Position numbers and translations under genes: made by a program. Positions 38,963-46,454 of a stretch of DNA of 64,000 bases are shown piece by piece; position 1 is the stretch's first letter; the number at the start of each line of letters is the position of its first letter. Source of the stretch: Thermoanaerobaculia bacterium (GTDB lineage: Bacteria; Acidobacteriota; Thermoanaerobaculia; Gp7-AA8). Location of the stretch: positions 4,771,892 through 4,835,891 of the forward strand of contig OY970284.1 in NCBI GenBank assembly GCA_963715895.1, read 5' to 3'. The notes below the pieces were generated by a model. That model was not told the origin of the DNA. It ran no database searches and worked only from the letters and a program-made list of their open reading frames with translations.

Positions 38963-39796
38963 ATGCCAATAGCACGAAGCGGCGTCCTCTGGCGCCGGAT
39001 CTTCTTTCTTCTGCTCCTCGCCTTCACCGCGACCTTCATCTGGTACAAGAACCACGAATATCCGCACGGCGGCTCGCGATGGGGGTTGTTTTACGGGATC
39101 GTCGGCTTTTTCCTCTGCTATCTCCTGGCGTTCTTTGGAATCCGCAAGCGCTGGTACCGCTCGACGTTCGGCACCCTCGAACAATGGATGCAATCACACA
39201 TTTACCTCGGCATCCTGGTGCTGGTCATCCTCATTTATCACACGGGCGGACGATTTAACGACAAGATCGCCGTTGCCACGTTGATTCTGGTGGCCATTGT
39301 GGTATCGAGCGGGGTGTTGGGCGCGATTCTCTATGTGACCGTGCCGCGATTGTTAACCGAGGTTGAATCGAACCTGACGGTGGACGAGATATCGGAGCAG
39401 CTCAATCAACTCGCCAAACAGATGGCCCGTATTGCGTCGGGACGGTCGGCGCCATTTCAACGCATTTACAGCCAATTGATCCGCGAAGGCGAGCCGGGAT
39501 GGCTGGCCGGCTGGCGTCTGCTCTTCGCGCGGATGCGACGCGGTCCCGCGCCTATGGCTGGAGAGTGGACCAACCTCCTCAGCCTGGTGCAGAAGGACGA
39601 ACAGGAAGAGCTTCGTCAGCTGCTGGTCGTATCGCGGCAGCGAAAAGAGCTGCTGATCCGACTCATTTACCAGCAGCGCTACAAGAACGTCCTGGAGTTC
39701 TGGCTCTACATTCACATCCCATTCACGATTCTGCTGTTGCTGTTCGCGATCATCCACGTCGTGGCGGTGTTTTACTACGGGAGGGTCGCGTGGTGA
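38963..39796 (+). CDS. Polytopic membrane protein with two H-x13-H helices (putative di-haem b-type cytochrome)
   Basis: ATG at 38963; 5-6 TM helices, two of which carry His pairs spaced 13 residues apart (HIYLGILVLVILIYH; HIPFTILLLLFAIIH), as in bis-haem ferric-reductase/cytochrome-b-type domains. Family not recognised. Confidence 0.5.
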   Translation: MPIARSGVLWRRIFFLLLLAFTATFIWYKNHEYPHGGSRWGLFYGIVGFFLCYLLAFFGIRKRWYRSTFGTLEQWMQSHIYLGILVLVILIYHTGGRFNDKIAVATLILVAIVVSSGVLGAILYVTVPRLLTEVESNLTVDEISEQLNQLAKQMARIASGRSAPFQRIYSQLIREGEPGWLAGWRLLFARMRRGPAPMAGEWTNLLSLVQKDEQEELRQLLVVSRQRKELLIRLIYQQRYKNVLEFWLYIHIPFTILLLLFAIIHVVAVFYYGRVAW

Positions 39797-39928
39797 GGGA
39801 CTCTCTACGATTCCGCCCTCTAAATCCATCCGTTCCATTCCCTCTCGACGGAAGGGCGTGGCAAGAAATTCAACTGCACCGTGAGATTTCTCATACTCTG
39901 ACTGGAATCGTCGGCACCCTGTTACACG

Positions 39929-40112
39929 TCGAGAGCCTTCTCCCCCGCGGTTTTTTGCGGGGGAGAAGGTGCCGACAGGCGGATGAGGGGGCGCTTGGCA
40001 GGATGAGTCGCTATTTCCAGAGGAGTAACAAGGCATGCTGCTCAGCGCCCCCCTCATCCGCCTTCGGCACCTTCTCCCCCCGCAAAAAACCGCGGGGGGA
40101 GAAGGCTCTCGA
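39929..40112. repeat. Large nested inverted repeat (about 66-bp arms, about 50-bp spacer) upstream of the FHA-cytochrome gene
   Basis: Left arm TCGAGAGCCTTCTCCCCCGCGGTTTTTTGCGGGGGAGAAGGTGCCGACAGGCGGATGAGGGGGCGC; right arm its near-perfect reverse complement. Each arm also contains an internal 13-bp-stem hairpin (CCTTCTCCCCCGC ... GCGGGGGAGAAGG). Confidence 0.75.
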
Positions 40113-40199
40113 TGAAAAAGCCTGGGTAGAGGCTCAACAGGACCACGAGAAAGGTAGGGGCCAGCTACACCGGGCCGAACACCCGCGGGTGGCCACCCC

Positions 40200-42431
40200 A
40201 TGAGTTTCGTCATCCAGCGCGCTTCGGGGCGCGGGCTGGCGCTGACGCAGGTGCGGCGCGATCTGCTCCGCATCGGGCGGGGGACGAATGCCGAGCTGCG
40301 CTCGGAGAATCCTGCCGTGGCCCTCGAGCATGCCGTCATCGAAGGCGACGCCAACGGCTTCACCGTCACCGACAAAGGGAGCATCACCGGCACGTACGTC
40401 AATCGCCGGCCGGTGGAGACGGCGCGGCTGGCCAGGGGCGACGTCATCGAGATCGGCGACCTGCGCATCGAGGTACAGGTTCTCGAGCCGGGCAAGCCGC
40501 TCTTCGTCCGCGTCAGCACGACGTCATCCGTGGCGGGGGTATTCGCCGGCGATGACGAGGAGATCGTCCAGGGCGCGGGAGCCCGCGGCGGCGCGGTCAA
40601 GGCGCGGAAGATCGACTACGCCGACGCCTTTCGTCTCAAGCGCGCCTGGCTGACCAAGCTCTCGCTCATCGCCATCCTTCTGATCGTCGCGTTCCTTGTT
40701 GTGGCCGAGGTCACCAAACCGGAGAAACAGAACGCGTTCATGCCGGGAGGGATCTCGTCGGCGCACGCGCGGGCGAAAGATCCCAGAACCGGCGAGTTGA
40801 TCGGCAACAACTGCCGCGCATGTCACAACCCGTGGCGCGGCGTTTCCGACACGAGCTGCACCGAATGTCACGGCAGACTGCCGCATGCGGAGAACCAGAT
40901 CGGCGCTCCGGCATGCGCCGACTGCCACTCCGAGCATCGCGGCTTCGCCAAACTGGCCGCGGCCGCGGACGCCACCTGCATCTCCTGCCACGGCGACATC
41001 GCCGCTCATGTCAAGGATCCGGCCGCCCTGGCGACGAAACCGAAAGAGATCCTCCACATCCTCTCCTTCGGCGGCCAACATCCCGACTTCACGCCGCGGA
41101 GCGATCCCGACACCCTTCTCTTCAACCACGCCCTCCACCTCAAGGCGGGTGGCGTGTTCAACGGAGAAGGACGCCGCGAAGAACTTCAGTGCACGCAATG
41201 CCACAAGCTCGTCGAGACGAAGGGGAAAGTCGATCCCGCTCCGATCAGCTTCAAGAGCCACTGCCAGCGCTGCCACAAACTGACGTTCGATCCGCGCTTC
41301 CCTAACGTCGAAGTGCCGCATGGAGGCGATCCCGCCGACGTCTACGGCTTCGTCCTGGCCACCTACGCCGGCAACCGCGACATCATCGGCAAGAGTCCGG
41401 AAGAGGTCCGGCGCATTCTGACGCTGCGGCCGCCGTCGACTCCCGACCAGGGAGCGGTGCTCAACGCCGAGCAGGTCGTCAAGGTCAAATGCAGCAAGTG
41501 CCACATCCTCCAGCGCTCCGGCACCCGTCTGGCCGCGAAGACGCCCGAGATCCCGGCGCGCTGGTTCCTGAAGGCGAAATTCACGCACACGCCGCACCGC
41601 ACCCTTTCGTGCGAGTCGTGTCACGAAAATGTCCGTCAGAGCACCAATACGTCAGACGTGCTGATGCCTGTGCGCAAAGATTGCACCGGATGCCACGGCG
41701 GGCAGTCGGCCAAAACATCCAGTAGCTGCGCGACCTGTCATGAGTATCATGAGCATTCGAAGGTCTTGTTGACGAAATTGGGGGCTTCCTCCGGGAAAGG
41801 AACGCCTCTTGCCCCGAAGGAACATGGAGGCGGATCCCGGATGATCGAGACGGTTCTTCTGTGGGCCATCGTCCTGTTACTGCTGGTGGTGCTCGTGCCG
41901 GCAGGGTTGGCGCTGGTCCAGCGTATCCGGGCCGGCGAGCTCGATCGCGCCGCGGGCGTGCGCGCCGCGGCCGCGCAGCAGGCGCCGACAGCGAAGATTC
42001 CGCCGCTGCAGGGTTCCGAGACGCCGTCGGCTCCGCCGCCCGCCGCGCCGGCGAAGGCGCCGGACATCACGAAGATGGCTCCCGTCCCCACCGCCCCGGC
42101 GGAAGGATCGACGGTGATGGTGCAGTGGTATGGCCTCCTGCAGTGCACCGGCGGCGCGCTGGAAGGACAGCGCTTCGTCATCGAAGAAGGCGGCCTCTAC
42201 ATCGGCCGCGATCCGGCCATGTCGCAGGTGGCCATCTCGGACAAACGCATCTCCAAACGGCACGTGCGGATCATTCCGCGTGATGGTAAGGTAATGGCCA
42301 TCGATCAGAACTCGACGAACGGTACGTTCCTCGGCAAGGCCGGCGGCGAGCGGATCACCGAGGTACAGCTCAAACGGGGAGACGTTCTCGTCCTGGCCGA
42401 CAACGCGGCCACGTTTGTGTACCAGATATAG
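40200..42431 (+). CDS. FHA - TM - decahaem c-type cytochrome - TM - FHA protein
   Basis: 743 aa. N-terminal FHA (LLRIGRGTNAELRS...GSITGTYVN...GDVIEIGDLRI), TM1 (LSLIAILLIVAFLVVAEV), ten CxxCH motifs (CRACH, CTECH, CADCH, CISCH, CTQCH, CQRCH, CSKCH, CESCH, CTGCH, CATCH), TM2 (VLLWAIVLLLLVVLVPAGLALV), Pro/Ala linker, C-terminal FHA (LYIGRDPAMSQVAISDKRISKRHVRI...STNGTFL...GDVLVLAD). Confidence 0.85.
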   Translation: MSFVIQRASGRGLALTQVRRDLLRIGRGTNAELRSENPAVALEHAVIEGDANGFTVTDKGSITGTYVNRRPVETARLARGDVIEIGDLRIEVQVLEPGKPLFVRVSTTSSVAGVFAGDDEEIVQGAGARGGAVKARKIDYADAFRLKRAWLTKLSLIAILLIVAFLVVAEVTKPEKQNAFMPGGISSAHARAKDPRTGELIGNNCRACHNPWRGVSDTSCTECHGRLPHAENQIGAPACADCHSEHRGFAKLAAAADATCISCHGDIAAHVKDPAALATKPKEILHILSFGGQHPDFTPRSDPDTLLFNHALHLKAGGVFNGEGRREELQCTQCHKLVETKGKVDPAPISFKSHCQRCHKLTFDPRFPNVEVPHGGDPADVYGFVLATYAGNRDIIGKSPEEVRRILTLRPPSTPDQGAVLNAEQVVKVKCSKCHILQRSGTRLAAKTPEIPARWFLKAKFTHTPHRTLSCESCHENVRQSTNTSDVLMPVRKDCTGCHGGQSAKTSSSCATCHEYHEHSKVLLTKLGASSGKGTPLAPKEHGGGSRMIETVLLWAIVLLLLVVLVPAGLALVQRIRAGELDRAAGVRAAAAQQAPTAKIPPLQGSETPSAPPPAAPAKAPDITKMAPVPTAPAEGSTVMVQWYGLLQCTGGALEGQRFVIEEGGLYIGRDPAMSQVAISDKRISKRHVRIIPRDGKVMAIDQNSTNGTFLGKAGGERITEVQLKRGDVLVLADNAATFVYQI

Positions 42432-42454
42432 CGAAGGGTGGAGGGAGACCGCGG

Positions 42455-44278
42455 ATGCGCTCCGGTGTCACGTCGATCCTCATGATTCTCGTCGCCACGG
42501 CCTGCCTGGCGCAGGGCCGCACGATCGGACGGCGCGACAGGGCGTTGGCGACCACTCCCGATCCCCCTTCGTGCGCCATCCCTCTGAACGCGGCCCTTCC
42601 CGACGTCTGCACCGACGGCGCGATCGGCCTCGGGACGCCGGAGCCATTCAGCGCCATTTCGAAAGCCGAGGCGATTGAGATCGTCAAGGCGGCGGCGACG
42701 GCGCTTGCCGGCGACACCGCCACCATCGCCATCGTCGACCGTACCGGCCGTCCGGTGGCGTTGTTCCGGCAAGCCAACGCCAACCCTGCCAACGATGACG
42801 TCGCCCTCGGCGTGGCCCGCACCGCCGCCTTCTTCAGCAACAGCCAGGCGCCGCTTTCCTCGCGCACGGTGCGCACCATTTCTCAAGTGCACTTCCCACC
42901 AGGCGTGGTCAACACGCCGGTCGGCGCTCTGTACGGGATCGAACAGTCGAACCGCGGATGCGATGTAAACGTGCTGTGGAACACGAATCAGTGCGTTCCG
43001 CGAGCGAAGTCGATCGGACAGTTCGCCGCCTTCACCGGCGCGCCGAAGCCCTGCCCGATCACTGATCGCTCCGGCTGCGGCCCCGGTCTCATCACCGGGA
43101 AAATCCTGCCGGACGATGCGCCGTATCCGCAGGAAGTCGATACCCGTCCCGTCAACGCCGGCGGCATCCCGCTCTACCGCGTTCTCGACACCAGTGCCGT
43201 CAAGCAGGGGATCGCCCGCACCGGAAAGCTGCTCGGCGCGATCGGCGTCACCGGCATCCCCGGCGATCCACAGCTCGCCGAATTCGCCGCCGTTACCGGC
43301 GCCTTTGGTCCGCTCAACGCCGGCGTGGCGCCGATCATCCCGCTGCCGAACTATCCGCTGCCGCAGCCGCAGAACGTCTTCATCGACGGAATCCGCCTGC
43401 CGTTCATCGGGCCGGATCAACAGCTGAAGTTCAATGCAGACGGACTGCCGATCGGTCTCCAGCAACTGCCCGGCACCTCGCCAGGTTCAGCCGCGGGATT
43501 TACCGCGGGCACCTTCGTCTACGGACCCTTTAACGGCGGCTGCCCGCCGAACGGCTATCTCGTCGGTCCCAACGCCAGCGTGCTGCCGGGCGGGCTGACG
43601 GCATCGGCGGTCGACGCCATCGTGCAGCGCGCCGTCGCGGCGGCCAGGCGCACCCGCGCTCAGGTGCGCCTCCCACTCAACAGCTACACCCGCATGATCA
43701 TCTCCGTAGCCGACACCGACGGAACGATCCTGGCGCACTACCGGATGCCCGACTCCCTCTTCGACGCCGTCGACGTCGTCCTGGCGAAAGCGCGCAACGT
43801 CGCCTACGTCAACGGCAGCGATCCGAACGTCCGCAACGATCTTCCCGGCATTCCCGCCGGCTATTGGGTAACCGGGCGCACGATCGGTTTCGGTGCGCAG
43901 CCGCTCTATCCGCCGGGCATCGATTCGCAGGCATTCGATGTCGGTCCCGGGCCGTGGTACTCCACTCTCTTTCTGCCAAACATCGCCAAGCCGTGCAGCC
44001 AGGGATCGCAGGCGCCGAACGCCAACCAGAACGGCGTCACATTCTTCGGCGGATCCACGCCGCTCGTCGACAACGGCAAACTCGTCGGTGGTCTCGGCGT
44101 CAGCGGCGACGGTATCGAGCAGGACGACTATGTCACCTACCTCGGCGCGGGCCCTCTCCTTCCGCCGACCGACAAATGGGCCGATCAGCTCAATGTCAAC
44201 GGCGCCCGTCTGCCGATGTTCAAGTTCCCCCGGAGCCCCGAAGGAGTCACGGAGTGCGGGGGGAAGCCGTGTTCGTAG
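42455..44278 (+). CDS. Secreted tandem GlcG/HbpS-like (DUF336) haem-binding protein
   Basis: Signal peptide; two DUF336-like modules (SKAEAIEIVKAAATALAGDTATIAIVDRTGRPVALFRQ... and SAVDAIVQRAVAAARRTRAQ...MIISVADTDGTILAHY...GGSTPLVDNGKLVGGLGVSGDGIEQDD). Confidence 0.7.
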   Translation: MRSGVTSILMILVATACLAQGRTIGRRDRALATTPDPPSCAIPLNAALPDVCTDGAIGLGTPEPFSAISKAEAIEIVKAAATALAGDTATIAIVDRTGRPVALFRQANANPANDDVALGVARTAAFFSNSQAPLSSRTVRTISQVHFPPGVVNTPVGALYGIEQSNRGCDVNVLWNTNQCVPRAKSIGQFAAFTGAPKPCPITDRSGCGPGLITGKILPDDAPYPQEVDTRPVNAGGIPLYRVLDTSAVKQGIARTGKLLGAIGVTGIPGDPQLAEFAAVTGAFGPLNAGVAPIIPLPNYPLPQPQNVFIDGIRLPFIGPDQQLKFNADGLPIGLQQLPGTSPGSAAGFTAGTFVYGPFNGGCPPNGYLVGPNASVLPGGLTASAVDAIVQRAVAAARRTRAQVRLPLNSYTRMIISVADTDGTILAHYRMPDSLFDAVDVVLAKARNVAYVNGSDPNVRNDLPGIPAGYWVTGRTIGFGAQPLYPPGIDSQAFDVGPGPWYSTLFLPNIAKPCSQGSQAPNANQNGVTFFGGSTPLVDNGKLVGGLGVSGDGIEQDDYVTYLGAGPLLPPTDKWADQLNVNGARLPMFKFPRSPEGVTECGGKPCS

Positions 44279-44290
44279 GGCGTAACGCAA

Positions 44291-44466
44291 CGCTACGTAG
44301 GTCGGACTCACGTAGGTCGGACTCACGTAGGTCGGACTCACGTAGGTCGGACTCTCTAGTCCGACCGGCGCTTGGGAGATCGGTAATTGATAACCCGCCT
44401 GTAGTTCAGAGCCGCGCAAGAACCGGTCGGACTAGAGAGTCCGACCTACGTGAGTCCGACCTACGT
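44291..44466. repeat. Composite tandem + inverted repeat element (MITE-like)
   Basis: Four tandem copies of ACGTAGGTCGGACTC (44295-44354), palindrome GGTCGGACTCTCTAGTCCGACC, about 57-bp spacer, second palindrome GGTCGGACTAGAGAGTCCGACC and two inverted copies GAGTCCGACCTACGT ending at the OMP start codon. Confidence 0.75.
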
Positions 44467-46454
44467 TTGGCTTCGCTCGTCTTTCTCATCCTCCTGTTCG
44501 CAACCTCGGCATTCGCGCAACCCGCAACCGCGCCCATCACCATCAACGACGACCAGCCCGTTTACGCCGAGGGTGTGCCGTTCCTGCTCACGGGAACATC
44601 GCTGCCCGGCGCTATCGTCACCATCGCCATCGAGAAATCGGGCAACGGCCAGACCACAGCCGATGCTTCGGGATATTGGACATTGATCTGGACACCGCCG
44701 GTAAAAACCGGCACGTGGACCATCACCGCCAGCTCGGGGGGCGTGACGGCGACGCAGCTTCTGCGCGTACAGATTCAGGGCAACGTACAGCGGCAGCCGA
44801 TCGTCGAGCCGGTCGTGCGCTACGGGACGCCGGAGATTCCGCATCCCGAGGCGTATCAGGAGATGACGGATCGGTGGCGCATCACGCCGCCGCCGTACGA
44901 GCTGACCGAGAAATCGAAAGGCCGCCCCATCGGCGACAAAGGCGCCTCGATCGATCCGTACAACCAGAACCTGATCAAAGGCGACCTGCCGATCTTCGGG
45001 AAGGACTGGTTCCTCGACTTCACCGGCATCAGCGACACCCTCGCCGAGTCGCGCACGCTGCCGACGCCGTCGGGCGTCAGCGCCGTCAAGCCGACCTCGA
45101 TCACCGTCTTCGGCAAAGACAACCAGAACCTCTTCAACGAGAACCTGATCGCCTCCTTCGACCTCTTCCAGGGCGACACCGCCTTCAAGCCCATCACGCA
45201 GCGCTTCAAGATCACGCTGATCGAAAACATCAACTACGTACACCTGCGCGAGAACGCTCTCGTCAAGCCTGACGTCCGCCGCGGAACGTCGCGCACCGAT
45301 GGGTATCTCTCGCTGCAGGAGATCTTCTACGAGCGAAAGATCCGCGATGTCTCGCCGAACTACGACTTCATGTCATTCCGCGTCGGATCGCAGCCCTTCA
45401 ACAGCGACTTCCGCGGGTTCATCTTCAACGACACGAACCTTGGCGCCCGCCTTTTCGGCAACTTCGCGTCCAATCGCTATCAATACAACGTCGCCGTGTT
45501 CGACCGGCTGGAAAAAGACACCAACTCCGGCCTCAACACAATGGAGCTCCGCGATCAGCAGGTCGGCATCGCCAATATCTACCTGCAGGACTTCCTCGTC
45601 CGCGGCTACACCCAGGAGTTCAGCGTCCACTATCTACGCGACGGCGCCACCTTTCACTACGACCGCAACGGCATCCTGGTGCGCCCTGCGCCGGTTGGGG
45701 TCTTCACGCCGCACGAGATCCGCGCCACGTACATCGGCGAGGCGGGCCTGGGACACATCGGCCGCTTCAACGTCGACCACGCCATCTACTACGTCTTCGG
45801 CACCGACGAGTTGAATCCGATCGCCGGCCCCGATCCGAATCTAAAGAACGGGAACGCCGTGAAGATCGGAGCCGGCAGCGCGGCCCTCGAGGTCTCCTAC
45901 GACCACGATTGGTATCGGCCGCGGCTGGCCCTTTTCTACGCCTCGGGCGACCGCAATCCGCGCGACCGCAACGCCCGCGGCTTCGACTCCATCTTCGACA
46001 GTCCTAATTTCGCCGGCGGCGGTTTCTCTTCTTCAACCGCCTCGGCATCCGCCTTCCGACGACCGGCGTCGCGCTCGTCGAGCGCGGCTCGCTCCTGACC
46101 AGCCTGCGCAGCTCGAAGGATGAAGGGCAGCCGAACTACGTCAATCCCGGCGTGCAGATCGCCAGCACGGGAATCGATGTCAACGTCACGCCGCGGCTGA
46201 CGGCAATCTTCACCGGCAACTACATCCGCTTCGACGCCGTCGAGTCGGTCGAGGCCATCCTCTTCCAGGGCAACATCCACAAGACGCTCGGCACCGATCT
46301 CTCCGCCGGCCTTCGCTACCGGCCGCTCCTCAACCAGAACATCGTCATCGTCGGCGGCACCGCCGTCCTCCTCCCCGGCCGAGGATTCAAAGACATCTAT
46401 GAAAAAGACCGGCCGCTCTACCACGTCTTCACGAACGTAATCCTGACCTTCTGA
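44467..46454 (+). pseudogene. Outer-membrane beta-barrel (porin-like) protein, interrupted by a -1 frameshift at about 46021-46025
   Basis: TTG start; signal peptide (ASLVFLILLFATSAFAQP); alternating-hydrophobic beta-strand composition; C-terminus ...HVFTNVILTF ends in Phe (OMP sorting signature). The reading frame switches at GGCGGCGGTTTCTC (3-T run): frame 1 ends at 46098, frame 0 continues as FLFFNRLGIRLP... to 46454. This may be a sequencing error rather than a true pseudogene. Confidence 0.6.

Noticed and set aside
43864-44466. N-terminal 200 aa of the 744-aa ORF that later becomes the OMP
   Set aside because: This part reads through the GlcG gene and the repeat element in another frame (Arg/Ser-rich). 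The credible protein begins with the signal peptide at the TTG at 44467.
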